Assembly: GCA_028534125.1 (NCBI GenBank)
Contig: CM052816.1
Coordinates: 6,326,001 to 6,390,000, forward strand
Origin: Lama glama
Taxonomy: Eukaryota
Length of the DNA: 64,000 bases
Direction of reading: 5' to 3'
Below, one piece after another: positions 25,844 to 39,059 of this stretch. A program made the position numbers and the translations under genes. Position 1 is the first letter of the stretch; every line of letters begins with the position of its first letter. The notes below the pieces were generated by a model. That model did not search any database. It was not told where the DNA came from and saw nothing but the letters and a program-made list of their open reading frames with translations.

Positions 25844-26494
25844 TACGTACATGTGTTCATGTGTGTGATAGGTAGACCTGGTTGGAGTAGTGAGGTCTTT
25901 GATTTTATTTTGATTTAAAGGATATTTTTATTATGTTCTCTTGGCCATTCTTAAACTCCATAAAAGTCTCTTTTATGTTCAGGATTTGGAGGGTAAGTCA
26001 GTGTACTTACATGGTGTTTTAGAAGATCCTCTCCTGATTTTGTGGCGTGACTATCTGAGGAGTAAGCTCCTGCTTTTGGGGATTCCGCTTGGAGACTGGG
26101 AAAGCAGATTGAGTCACCATTTTATCTCCTCTTAGTTTGAACCACCTTATGTTGCCATCAGTAACAGGAAAGAAACCTCATGGTTCAGGGATAAAAGCAA
26201 GGTCTAGACAACCGACATCCTTTGTTTTCCCCGTACAGCATCTTTAGAAATTGAGCTCTCCATGCCAAAAAGGGGAGCGATAGCTCCTGCAGTGTGGATT
26301 TCCACCCAGTGCTGGAAAACAGGTTGACGAGCCAGCACCGGGTGTGCGAGCCAGCAAGGGCTGACTGCTCACAGGGCAGCAGTCGGCAGGAAGCGAAGAG
26401 CTGCTGCCTGTCTCGGATGCGGCCAGGATACTCAGTTGGCCTCGATGACACACGCTTTTTACAGCTGATCGCTTTACTTACTTGAGGCGTCTGC

Positions 26495-27020
26495 TATATT
26501 AGTCAGCATCTGCCCCAGCCAGCGACTCCAGAATTTTAGTGGCAACATCAAAAATTTAGTGCAACAACAAACATTTCTTGTTCACGTCGTATGAGACCTG
26601 GGGCTCAGCCAGAGCTCTGAGAAGCAGGGCTGGCTTCACAGATGTGCATCCTGTATGATCACAAAGGGTCTCGTGCTCTGAGGGGTCCTGCACTCGACTT
26701 AGTGTTCTGTTGCGGTAGTCTTGAAATTCTTAATTTTGGAACAAGGGGCTGTAAATGGTCAGATCTCACCAGGTCTATAAACTGTAGTCAGTTCTGCTGT
26801 CAGGTCGGCTGTGCCTTCTCTTTTAGGGCTCAGGCTGAAGAAGCAGCCACTTGCAGGGCGTGCTGTCTTCATGGCAGGGGGCTGAGGTCATGGGGGCTGG
26901 GCTCACACCACAGGAGGCCTCTCAAAGTCTCCACCAGGAACTAGTATGTGGCCACTTCCCATGAGTCAGGCAAATGACGTGGCCACGCCCAAAGTCCCAG
27001 TTGTGGCGAAGGGTGCCTCA
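26495..27020 (-). mobile_element. Old MLT1 (K/L-like) LTR with nested MER91-like hAT MITE (~26625-26775)
   Basis: 'tatattagtcag', 'caggctgaagaagcagccac', 'cgtggccacgcccaaagtc'; nested 'cagggctggcttcac..cacaaagggtc..tcttgaaattcttaat'. Confidence 0.6.
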
Positions 27021-28319
27021 CCCTGACCAGAGCGTCCACCATGCCAGTCTGATCTTGCGCTGGAGTTTGTCACTGGAGGCAGTGGCAGATTCCATTCCCG
27101 CGTTCCTGATATCCTGTCTAGAGCCAGTGATCCAGGCTTAGTTGGACAGACTGGCTAGTTGGTGATGTCATGGGATCTGTGAGGTCATATCAAATGGCAG
27201 GTCATCAGTTTACATAAAATTAATAGTTGAATCTTTAAAAAGTATAAAAACCAAACATGCTGGCTATAGTTTTTCTCACAAAATATCCCTTGTTCCAGTT
27301 AAAGACCAATTTGAGTCTTATTCAAAATGTGCCGTGAGTCATTTTACTGTGTTTAAGTACTAATTTGTCTTCATCATGGGTGTAGTTTTGTTCCACTTGG
27401 TTTTTCAAGCAAAGATGATAAAATTAAATAAATCAATAGCATAGTTAGCTTTAATAATATCAAAAAATTCTGGTGGGATGTTATTACTCCCTAATTAATG
27501 GAGTATTCAGTTCTCCGGGGACCTAGTGAAGCTGTGGTCGTAACACATAACCCGTCTGCGGTGTCAGAACCTAATTTCAGGCTTCATTATTATGATTGAG
27601 ATGAGGATTGTAGCTCTATGAATCTTTGTAAAAAGAATGGAGAGCGACTTGTAAAACTCTGTGCCTGTGACATAGAAATTCTTTCTGAAAACCCAGAAGC
27701 TCCTTTGTTACGGAGGAGCCTGTGGTTCACACATGAGACACGTTTCTGCGTCTGAACTCAGGTTGCCGCATTGTCCGTCACTAAGCTCCTGCTTGGGGAC
27801 TGTGGCCCGGGCCCTGCACCTGCAGAGTGACTCCTGATCACAGGAAGAAGAGGCGCCGACCGAGCCGGGGCCTGTGAGGAAGACAGGACAACAGTGGTAG
27901 GACTGTTGGGGCAAAAGGCCAGTCAGGAATCTGTATTGAACCATAAGGACAATTTCAATAATCAGTGCCTGAAACCTGGCCAGCAGGCAGTCTTCATCAC
28001 AAAATCTTAGGGAAGTAATTAGGAAAACCCTGACCACCTTTGTCGGTATAACCATAGAGTTTTCAGAGGATCCAGGCATTCATCCTCTTACGTGCTCATT
28101 ACAACAGCCAGATGCCTGAGGCTGTTCCAGTGTTACTAGTATTTATATGTTATATCCAAGGAAATGGTAATCCGGAGTCAGCCAGCCAGCCCATCAGGGG
28201 AAAAAAAGGAGAGATTTCCTGAGTTCTGGCCATTGTTGTGGCTCTATGGGGATCTAAGTTATCTCTGGTGGAAACAAGTGAATTTCCTCTGTGGCTGATC
28301 TGTGCACCGCCAGCTCAGC

Positions 28320-28530
28320 TAGAGTGGTCAGGTTTCACATTTGGAGAGAACTGAATTTGGCTCTTAACCACTTATTAGCTGGGAGATCTTGGGTAAGTCA
28401 CACAAACTACTTCAATTTCCTCAATAACAAGAGATAATAATATATACTTTGGGGTGTTATTACCAGGATTACATGAAGTGCAGCATGAAATGTATTTAGC
28501 ATGGCCCCTAGGACGTACCGCTCATAGAGA
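28320..28530 (+). mobile_element. MIR SINE
   Basis: 'accacttattagctgggagatcttgggtaagtcac..caatttcctca..aggattacatga'. Confidence 0.75.
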
Positions 28531-29976
28531 TCCTGGAATAACTTTCCTATGTAATTTGGAACATAGTATGAAGTAAAAGAAAAACTAGAGACCAAAATGC
28601 CACCTTGCTCACTGATAGAGGGCAGGTTGGAGAGCATGGCTGTAATTCTGATCACCCACTGGATTTGCTGATAAGCAAGTTCAGAATTGGTCTGCAGTCA
28701 TGGCAGCGTGTATCCAAGGCAGGCCCCCTTCTCAGGAGAGCCTCCGGTACCACGGACGGCCCAAGAAGGGAAGGAAGAGTTGGGTGGAATGCTTAGTTAC
28801 CCTAGCCAAATTTGTCAGTCAGAAAAATCTCCCCGCCACCCCAGGGACAAGGTGAATAGAAGAGTAGAGACAAACCAATTAAGCTCCCATCATAAGAAAT
28901 AAATATTAGAAGTGGAGAAATATTCCCACTAACATAATTTCTCAGTGAATCTTAGCTATTATTGTTATTGGAGTTCAAGTGGGAGCTTTAAAAATATACT
29001 GAAATGTCCATGACTGAAATGTCTCCAACATTACACACAGCCTCCAGTTCTCCCTTGGGTTAGCAGTATTCCATAAGGCTGTGGTTAAAAATAACCAGGA
29101 AGGGGTTACGTGATCAAGCTAATCTGTGCCCATGACTTACCTATCAAATTGTAGATTCCTTGAGAAGCAAAAGCTATGCTCATGTATCTTTCTACTTCCC
29201 ACAGTACCTGTAGAGTCTGCACTGGTAATAATTACACTGATTGCTCATCTAGCTATGAATTTTACAGCTTACTAAGCACTTTGGGGTTGATCATCTCATT
29301 TGGTCTCTTCACCAATCCTGAGAGGGAGGGAGGGAGGAAAGGAAGAGGTTATTCATCTCATTTCACATCTGAGGATGTCGAGGCCCAGAGCAGCTGTGTG
29401 ACTTGTCCAGCAAATGAAGCAGTGTGCCAACACTTGATTCTGGAACTGGAATGTAGGTCATTGACTCTTAATGCAGTGTGCCTTCCCTTAATGCTTACTT
29501 TGTTTTATCTGAATGGAACTGATTTCCCTGAAACTAGCTGATCTCTCATGTACCATCCTAGGAGTTTCAGCAGTGTTCATAAGACAAGGTAAACTTCTCA
29601 GACTTGGAGGGTTGGAGCCTTGGTGTTCTTGGGGTTTCTGCTGATGGCTGTGCCATTCATCATGAAGCATGGGTTGTCACGGTGATGGGAGGAAGGGGGC
29701 TGAGCTGGAAGAGAATTACCAAAATGTCTGATGAGATAGTACCAAATGGGGAGGTGAATATGATGGTCAGAAAGGGAGAACGCATTATAGAGTCAGAAAC
29801 ATCTCTTATGGGTCTGCATACCTGAGTTACTATCTGCCAGAGATCCAGAAGCCATTGAGAGTAGTGACTTTAGCAGTAAGAATAAATTATGTTTTGTCAT
29901 GGGCATCATTAATCATTATTCTATTATTGTGTCACTAACCCCAATCATACCCCATAGTGCAATGGAAATAGACAAC

Positions 29977-30455
29977 ATGGTAGACAGAGTAATGTCCCCC
30001 CATTATGTTCCCATTCCAGTCCTTGGAGCTTATGACTATATTAACTCCATGGCAAAAGGGACTTTGAAAATGTGATTAAGTTAAGACTCTTGAAACAGGG
30101 AGATTATCTGAAGTTACCTACGTGAGCCCAGTGTAATAACAATTGTGTAAGTGAAAGAAGGCAGGAGAGTCAGAGAAGACTATGTTACAATAAACATAGA
30201 GGTTGGAGAGATACAGTTGCTGGCTTGGGGGCTATGAGCCAAGGAACGTAGGCTACCTCTAGAAGGTGGAAAAAGCAAGAAACAGTTGCTTCCCTAAAGT
30301 CAACAGAAGGAAACAGAATAAATACAGCACTGCCATCACCTTGATTTTGGCCACATTTTGAACTTCTGCCCTCCAGAAATGTAAGATAATGAGTTTGTTT
30401 TATGCCACTAAATATTGAGTGATGCTTTTGACAGCAGCACGCGGAAACGGTAACG
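29977..30455 (+). mobile_element. MLT1D-like MaLR LTR
   Basis: 'catggcaaaagggactttg..gtgattaagttaag', 'gagccaaggaacgtagg..ctctagaag', 'ttctgccctccagaaatgtaagataat'. Confidence 0.85.
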
Positions 30456-31250
30456 GCTGAGTGAGGCTTACATTTCGGTTCCTACATTTAGTTGCCGCGT
30501 ACTCAAGTCAAGTAGTATCTAAGTAGCAATTAACTAATGTTTATAACGAGGTGAAAATACTACTTTCTTCACTGGATTGTTGTGAGGATTAGATGGGCTG
30601 ATACATGGAAGAAGCACCCTGTGGATCCCATACTAGGAGCCAGATTAATGATTACTTAATGCCAGTAAATACTGTCTTTTGTATTTTGTTAGAATATTTC
30701 ATCACCTTCAAAATTAAAGAAATTGCCTTCTAAATCTAAGAACTGCAGCAGATCTATGTGCACCACAGTCCGCCTCAGGAACAAAACAGTTGTTCAAGAA
30801 ACAGTTGTTTTTTGTTCAAACTGCACAATAAGACATGCAGATGGGTCTGATTTTCCTTGGGAATGGGAGGTGCGTTTTGGATAACATTACAGCTTCCTTA
30901 AGAGAGTGCAGAGAGAGGCTTGGTCAGAACCAACCATAGGCTTTTGTAGCAAGATGGTTACATTTTTCCAACAGAGACTACATTTTGAGGAAACCTCCAA
31001 ACTAATTTATATGAAGAGGGTATTTAAAAAATGTCAGAAGACCTCTGCTTCACCCTTTCAATTCCCACCCATCCATCAGGTCAGGTCTTGGCTTTTTACC
31101 TTCCTTTCTGGGCAGTGTTACCTTTCCCCTACCCTCCTGCCCCTATCTGGGCTATAGGACCTGCACGCCTTTTCTCAAGACACCCTGGACGGTGACACAA
31201 TACTGCTTTGTGACCGCCCATTCTGCTTTTCTGTCCTTCTCTTTGTCTTT

Positions 31251-31477
31251 TTTTTTTTTTAAGATTTGTATATATATATTTTATTGAAATCTAAGTTGAT
31301 TTACAGTGTATCAATTTCTGGTGCACAGCACAATGCTTCAGTCATACATGAACATACATATATTCGTTTTCATATTCCTTTTCACCATAAGTTACTACAA
31401 GATATTGAATGTAGTTCCCTGCACTATACAGTATGAACTTGTTGTGTATCTATTTTATATATAGTAGTTGGTATCTG
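31251..31477 (-). mobile_element. Short 5'-truncated L1 3' end with 10-bp TSD
   Basis: ctttgtcttt at 31241-31250 and 31478-31487, followed by aaa (L1 endonuclease-type site); same 3'UTR as other copies. Confidence 0.92.
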
Positions 31478-32516
31478 CTTTGTCTTTAAATTCCATAGCA
31501 GAAGGGACATGCCCTTACTGCTCACTGTTGTCCCCACCTGATGGCAGAGGCCTCACTGAAGACATCTTTGAGGAAAGGAAGGGTGGTGGACCCCGGTTTG
31601 AGTCCTATCCTGGATATTATGAGCCTCATGAAGTTGTCAATCTTCTAAGCCTCTGTTTCCTAATCCATAAACTATAATACTTTTTCTACCCATCTCCCAA
31701 GGGTGTTGTGGGGTTCAGGGAAGGTAACGCGGATCCAAGCCTGCATAGTGGGATGTGGAAGCAACACACCTTTGCTTCAGATCCACACAACGTCCACGTT
31801 CCGTCCCGTGGACACTGATGGGCGCCTCCCACCTGGAGCACCGCGTTAGGCCCCGAGTGTAGTGTGAACAGGACAGACAGTCTTTGTTCTCATGAAGTGT
31901 CAAGGTCTGGTGGCAAGTTCAACAATAGCACAGCAAAAATTGTTTCCTTTATCTGGGTGAAAGGATCTTCTTTTCACTTTCCAAGAAGAAAACATCTCCA
32001 GAGAACACGTGCTCGCCTGGGTGAGGGGTAAGGAAGTGAAAGAACCTTTTTACTGCACAGAAGTCCACATCTAACAGGGAGTACATACGTATGCAGGTAG
32101 CTCAGAGCTAAGGCAGCCTGTAACCCCAGGTCTAACTCGATCCCCACGAGGGGTGCGCGGGGATGGGAAGACGGTGATACATCACTTTTTGGAAGGAGGT
32201 GGAACCTGAGTTGAGTGGCCTAAGTCATGTAATTATCTCTCTAAATAGGGTGCATCAGTTTATGCAAAGTGGATAATAATCCATATAGCTGTTTGTATGG
32301 AAGCTGAAAAGGAGGGATTCATTGCTAAGAAAACAGAAAGCCAGTTGTAACATGATGTCAAAGTGTTTCAGTTAGACTGGAGGGGAAGGACACTGGGAAA
32401 TACAACTGTACAGTATGTTGGGCCCATGTTTTAGAGCTTCTCCAAAAACCTGCTGAGATACGGCTTGATTCAGATGACAGAGAATTATCACAAGTTTGTA
32501 AATGGGTATTACCAGG

Positions 32517-32571
32517 GCGCGCGTGTGTGCACGTGCGCACACGCGCGCACGCACACACACACACACACACA
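32517..32571. repeat. Alternating purine-pyrimidine tract (CG/TG/CA) containing a 32-bp palindrome
   Basis: gcgcgcgtgtgtgcacgtgcgcacacgcgcgc followed by ac(gc)(ac)n. Confidence 0.95.
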
Positions 32572-32842
32572 GGGGAGTAGAGAGAAGGATTTGTTTTTTG
32601 CTGTTAGTACCTTAAGTTACGGTCCTATCAGCATCTTCCTATGTGATTAGAGTGTGGAAAAATCTTACTGGACTCCCATTTTTATCCCCACATTGACATT
32701 TATATCCCTGGGTGAGCCTTTTTATTTCCCCCTAGTGGAATGTTATTTTTACTGTAGATAATACCGTAGTTGAAATATTTCAACTAATTTCCTTCTCCTT
32801 CCCTCCCTTCTTTCTCTCTTTATTTCCTTCCTTCCTTCCTTT

Positions 32843-33332
32843 AGGTAAGACTGACATACAGCAAACACATTTAAAGTGTACAGTTGAGCTGTGATATGTG
32901 TATATACCTGCAAACACTTCATCACATTGAGCTCGTTAGCACATCCGTCATCTCAGCGTTTCCTCCTGGCCCTTTATAATCTCTCCCTCCCTTCCTCCCT
33001 CACTCCCTGACACCAGACAGCTGCCTTCTGTCACTGTCGATGCATTGGCATCTCCTAGACTCTTACCTGAATGGAATAATGCAACGTGTATGTCTCTCGC
33101 CTGGTTTCTTTCACTCAACGTTATCTTGAGGACACTCATTTTGTTGCATGTGTCAGTCTCCCTTCTTACTGCTCAGTGGTATTCTGTGGTGCAAACAGAC
33201 TACAGTTGGTTTATGCATTCAGCTTTTGATATGGGTAACTGGGCTGCTTCCAGGTTTTGACTGTTACAAGATGAGCTGCTGTGAACATGTGTGTATAAGT
33301 CCTTGTGGGGTCATAGGCTTTATTTTCTCTTG
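32843..33332 (-). mobile_element. Older L1M 3' end
   Basis: 'tttaaagtgtacagtt', 'ctggtttctttcactcaacgttatc', 'gctgcttccaggttttgactgttac..gctgctgtgaacat'; pyrimidine-rich tail upstream. Confidence 0.85.
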
Positions 33333-33719
33333 ATCTCTTCATTTCTCTGCCTTCCCTCATTTTCCGTGTAGATTTAGAGTACTCTAAGGAGTGGCCCCGG
33401 GTGGTGGATAAATTCCAAAAGGACTCACGGAGTATTGGATTCTATGTTTCTATGCATTTTCTTTCATGAGCTATTGAGTAGTAGGAAGAGGCCATCAGGA
33501 GCTTGCTTGGAGGTGGTGGAAATACTAAACAATGAAACAGAATGCAAGGATTCCTCCGGGTTGAAGTACACGAATCTGAGAAATGAAAATGAGGAAGAAC
33601 GTCCTATGTATCTGAACAATTTAAGAGTGGACTGGGATTATATTAGAGCAAATGAGCTTCAAGGTGGGAATGGCATGTAGCAGGAACCGGGGCCAACACT
33701 CAGCGTGGGGGGATATTTG

Positions 33720-34300
33720 TCTTCAGTTCATTTCAGTCCATAAGTATGTATCCAGTGTGCACTCTGTGCCAGACACCAGGGCTACAGTGACAGGTTCATC
33801 AGAACGAGCGTACAGCCTAGCGGGGAGACGGGCAAGAGAGCCGGCGGCTGCCATGGAGTGGAATTTAAGCATTTGTCATCAGTGCCAGGGGAGCACATAA
33901 TCAGAAACATCTGGGCCATTGAGGGGCAGAGAGCAGTCAGTGGAGGATTCCAGGAAGAGGCACTGCCACTCTGCATTAGGGAAAGCGAGGCCAGAGAGGG
34001 GTGGAGGACCACAGAGAGAAGGATGGCGCTGACAATGGGGGCAGCAGGTGCAAAGCTCTGAGTCCCAAGAAGAATGACATGGTGGGGAAAAGCAGGTTCT
34101 AAGTGCTGGGAACATGATGGGAGGTGGGGAGTGTGCCTGGGGTTAAAATACGAAGAGCCGGTGTGTCATGCTGTGGAGTTTGGCAGCCGGGATCCATAGA
34201 GAGGGCTTTAGATGGATCCAGACTCAGGTTGGTTTTAGAAAAGTAAAGCCAGCAGAACGGCGAACATAGGAGAGTCGGGAAAGACCCTGCCCAGGAAGAC
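33720..34300 (-). mobile_element. L2 fragment
   Basis: 'cactctgtgccagacaccagggctacagtgaca', 'ggaggattccaggaagagg'. Confidence 0.55.
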
Positions 34301-35319
34301 AATGTGGGAGACTGAGCTAGAGCAAGGCTGGTAGGATAGAGAAAAGTGATGGTTTTGAGATGGTTTCTAACATTATTAAGGTGTCCCATAACCTCGCCCC
34401 AAATCGTTCACCTAACAAGTGAATAAAAGTTTGCCGCAGAAAGTGCCCAGATGACAAACGAGTCCACCCCACACTGGTCTAGAGGGCACGTGACCACCCA
34501 GACGCTCGTGGATTGCCGTGGCCAGACTTGGGATTCCCGGTTGACAGTGCTTCCCCCCCGACTCCCGGAGCCAGGGGCTGTTGGTGGTAGTCTCCTCTCA
34601 CAGGGAATTTTTCATGAATGCCAATCCCCTGTTGTTTACTTTCCATTTTTCTCCCTTTAATGTATCATACATAGATTTTTATGTGCCCCTATTTCATCTG
34701 CGTAACTCTTTTGTTGCCATGGCAATCAGCTTCAATTTTCTACCATTCTGGCAATTGGGTTTTTATAGTCTCCTGCTTTCAAAAAGATAAGCTGCCTTAT
34801 ATTTATTTCTTGTGGATGCCAAACGTTGACCTCGTTTGAGACACAGCCAACCTCTACTTCAAGACTACACTGCGATTATTTATTGTCGCTGATGCCATTT
34901 TGATTTCTGCCTGTGAGACTGGTTTCCAATAAAATTTCTTTTGGCTTTTACATACCTCTGCTATCCGGGGACTAGAGCTCAGCAAGCCTGCAAGACTGAA
35001 TTCTAGGTGGGCTCCAGGGCAGAGGGCACTGAGGTAGAGCTGCAAACTCTCTCTTAAAGTTGACGGAAACCAGTTTGGATCAAAGGTGGAGGCTGCAAGC
35101 AGTGAGCTCCAGTCCCTGCTCAGCAACTAACTGGCTTTCTCACCTTGCTCATAAAACTGCTCTCTTTATCTGCACATCCTCATCTCTAAAGCCAAAAAGA
35201 TGGGAGTAGATTAGAAATTATCCTTAAGTGAGACAATATAGGAAAAAGATAAAAGTACAGCAACTTGCTTAAAGGTGAGAGGAAATCATTATCTTGACTT
35301 GAGAAATTTCTTATCTTTT

Positions 35320-36078
35320 TTTTGTTCTCTTACATGCTTCATTTGCCTTTTTTGTGTATACGTATTTTTATTGAGGTATAGTCAGTTTATTGTGTTGCAT
35401 CAATTTCTGGTGGACAGCATGATTCTTCAGTCATACATGAACACATATATTCGTTTTCATATTCTTCACCGTAAGTTACTACAAGATATGGAACAACTCC
35501 CTGTGCTATACAGTATAAACTTGTTGTGTATTTTATATATATTATTATCTGCAAATCTCGAACTCTCAATTTATCCCTTCCCTCCCTGGTTACTGTAAGT
35601 TTGTTTTCTATGTCTGTGAGTCTTTTTCTGTTTTGTAAATAAGTTCATTCATCTTTTTTTTTTTATGATTCCACATATAAGTGATATCATACAGTATATT
35701 TCTTTTTCTTTCTGGCTTACTTCACTTAGAATGACAATCTCCAGGTCCATCCATGTAGTAGCAAATGGCATTGTTATTTTTTATGGCTGAGTAGTATTCC
35801 AGTGTATACATAGACCACAACTACTTTATCCAGTCATCTGTCGATGATCATTTGGGCTGTTTCCATGTCTTGGCTATTGTAAATAGTGCTGCTGTGAACA
35901 TTGGGGTGCAGATGTCTTTTTGAATTATGGTTTCCTCTGTATATATGCCCAGGAGTGGGATTGCTGGATCATATGGTGAATCTATTTTTATTCTTTTGAG
36001 AAATCTCCACACTGTTATCCATAATGGCTGCACCAAACTACCTTCCCACCAACAGTGTAGGAGGGTTCCCTTTTCTCC
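35320..36078 (-). mobile_element. Young L1 3' end
   Basis: Minus [52 protein letters not shown]-like tcttatc(t/a)ttt at 35309 and 36079. Confidence 0.93.
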
Positions 36079-36865
36079 TCTTATCATTTTATCTTTTATG
36101 TTCCAGAGGGTTTCCTCTATGACAAGCCTTCAATTATGAGAGGTTTTTTTTCTGATGTGTAGTTGTCATACTTAGAGTTTCAAGTTAATTGCAATTAGCT
36201 CACTTCTGCCGATGTTCCCCAGTGTGGTGTATCTTGAGTTGTCAAAGTCTGTGTGTGGTCACAGCTTCCACGAACTCTACCTTTAGTTTGAACTATAGTG
36301 CCCATAAAAGTATTAGGTTGGCCAATCATTCATTGTTCAGGCATTTCTTTAGGTTTTTTAATCAATAAAATATGGGGCTTTAAGAATATGGAAATCTGTA
36401 GGGCCTGGGTACAAAAAGAGTAATTCATTCAGTAAATAAGGAATGAATGTGACAGGCACTAACCATGTTAAACCCTGATGATAAAGCTGCCAATGGGAAC
36501 GGACTCCAGAGGAAGCTGCAGGTTAGTAGGGATGTCATGCAGTGGAAGACGGATGGGTCACAGTGTGATTGGTGCCCCTCTTGTAGAGGGAAGCACACCA
36601 GGGTCGTGACCCAGACATGGTGCTGGTGGTGGTAATGGGGGCTGCAGTGGCCGCACAAAGCTTCTCCATCGCAATGAATACTGAGCTGAGTCAGTGTGAG
36701 CCCGGGGAAAAGGGTGGGGTGGTATCCCAGGGCAGTGGAGGAAGGGAGTGTGTAAGGGAATAGCGGGAGAAGAGGATGCAGAAGTAGGTGGGGGCCAAAT
36801 ATTGAAAGGTCTCCTGCATGGCTTTGTATATGGGCTGTGATGCGGGTCCTTACTGTCGAGGGAGA

Positions 36866-37420
36866 TGCATTGGTCAGAATTCTGAAGTGGCTAACAGAAA
36901 CCAGCTTGAGGTGTGTATGCTAAATAATTGATAATTTTGTTGTAAATATAAAAGAGTATCTCACAGGAGTTCAGAGGGGAGACAACTGGCCATTGAAAAG
37001 AGAATGGAAATATGAAGCTGTCAGGAGCCTTAATACCCCCTCTCTTTGCCCCTCTTTGCTTTTAGGCTTCTCTCTGCCTGTCTTCCTCAACCTTCTTTCC
37101 CAAATGATTGGCTCGCTTTGCTATTCAAGGCCAGCGTGGATATCCACAACCCCCACATACACCATTTATGATTCCAGCCATGCCGAGATGCTAATGTGTA
37201 ATGACTCAGGCGCATACAGGCTCACATTTACAAGGGAGAGATCAGATAAGCTTAGATGGTGTCAAATATCTACCTCTGGTCAGATAAGCTAATCTCAACA
37301 TAGAAGCATGATTGTTAGAGAAATCACTCTGTGCCTCTTTAGGGATTAGAGACAGGGGTGTGAGGAAACAGAATAGTTACCAAAGAATGCAAAGTACCGT
37401 GGTGATGTTGAAAGGGGCAG
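36866..37420 (-). mobile_element. Old MLT1-type LTR
   Basis: Begins 'tgcattggtcagaattctgaagtggctaacagaaacc'; degenerate. Confidence 0.45.
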
Positions 37421-38149
37421 AGCATCCTTTGAAGGATAAACAAGGGTGCAATCATTTCCAATTGTTTTTTATTCTGAATGTAGTCTGTGCTCATGTTAAC
37501 AAGGCAAACAATAGAGAATGTAAAAATAGGAAGAAGAGCCTTCTGGCAGCCCCCACTTCTCATTTTCATTCAGCGACCCATTCATTCAACAAATATTTAA
37601 ATAGTATATGATGCGAGCAAGGCAGTGGTCTGGGCACAGAACACAACTGGGATAAGACGGATGCAGGCCCTGCTTTGACAAAGCTTATGGTCTAAAGGAT
37701 CTTTTCAAATAGTTTTCCATGCATCCTTTCAGAGATACTGTATGGATTTATAGGAAATGTGTATAGGTAGACTTTTTAATCTACAGATCATTTCATGTGC
37801 ATTACATGCAATATATATCATATATTTATTCTATATAAAATTGCTGGCTTATTTAAATTTAAAGTATATACATTTGGGGCATATTTTCATGTTAGCATGT
37901 GCAGAGTTTCTTCCCCTCTCTCAGTACAGGACCCAGACACTCTTGCTGCTTGGACCATCTCCCCTCTAGGGCGTGCCATAGATCTGAAATGTGGCCGTGT
38001 TCCCCATGGAGCCCCTGAACTGGGTTGCCTGTTCACCCCTCATCTACCAAGCATCTGTGATGGGATTTGTTCAGCTCTTCACAGACTCCACAGAAAGGAC
38101 AGACTGGTCTCAGCTCAGTGATGCTCTGTATTCCCACGGGTTCCGTGGG

Positions 38150-38730
38150 GACTCGCTGCTCTTTTCTGTGCTGCAGTAGGAACGTTCTGCAAAGCTGTCC
38201 TCAGCACTGGCTTAATGACGGAACCATTACTCCTAAGGGAAATACAGACTTAAGTTCCTAGGGACCTCCAGTCACAACATTTTCATCAAGTGATCGATAC
38301 GTAACCTTGTCTGATGTGTGTTTCTGTTCAAAGACATTGTGTTTAATATATGTTGTTAATTGATTAAGACTGAAATTCACGGCCGACAGCACTGTAACTC
38401 ATACCTGAACAAAGCGCATCTCCTGCGCTGCTTTCTTTCATAAGGCACATCACAGTCCTCTTGTGCTTGGGAGCCCTCGACAGCACTCCAGCCCTGTGCT
38501 TCGGGGGCCCTCTTAAACAGTGATGTCGGCACCCAAAAGCACAAAAACGTGGAAAACACAGTGCTCAACAGTCTGCGAAAGGGATGCTTGTTTACAGCAT
38601 AAGAACTGACACAAGCAGGCAGAGTGTCCTTTTGCTTGACTGTAGTTGGGAACATGCACGTTGTATGGTTCAGATTTTCACTGCTCTGTGCGGATCTGCA
38701 AATGCCTGCAAAAGCACCGTGAGTGTTGAG
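38150..38730 (+). mobile_element. MER82 (TcMar-Tigger) non-autonomous transposon
   Basis: 'accattactcctaagggaaatacag', 'gtcacaacattttcatc', 'taaggcacatcacag', 'aaaagcacaaaaac', 'cttgtttacag' match recalled MER82 consensus. Confidence 0.85.
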
Positions 38731-39059
38731 GGGAGCGCTTGGGAGCTGAGGTGGTCACGGAGGGAGACCCTCTGTCCTACACCTTCAGAATCAGTCTTTC
38801 CATTTTCACTCTCTCAGGCTCCACCCAACTTGGAAGTCTCCTGGAATTCCAGCTAGAAAGCTGATCGCAAGCCATCTGTGCTTTCAAGTTTTCCCACAAC
38901 TTTCCTAACACCATTTTCTTTGAAATTTCTGCCCAAACAAGGGATTTAGTTAGGTGTTTAGTATTTAATAGTTAGTTATATATGAATGAAGTTATAGACT
39001 ATGTTCAGATTTAATCTGTTGAAAGCAATTTTTCATTAGATTTTCCTTTTTATATTTAA

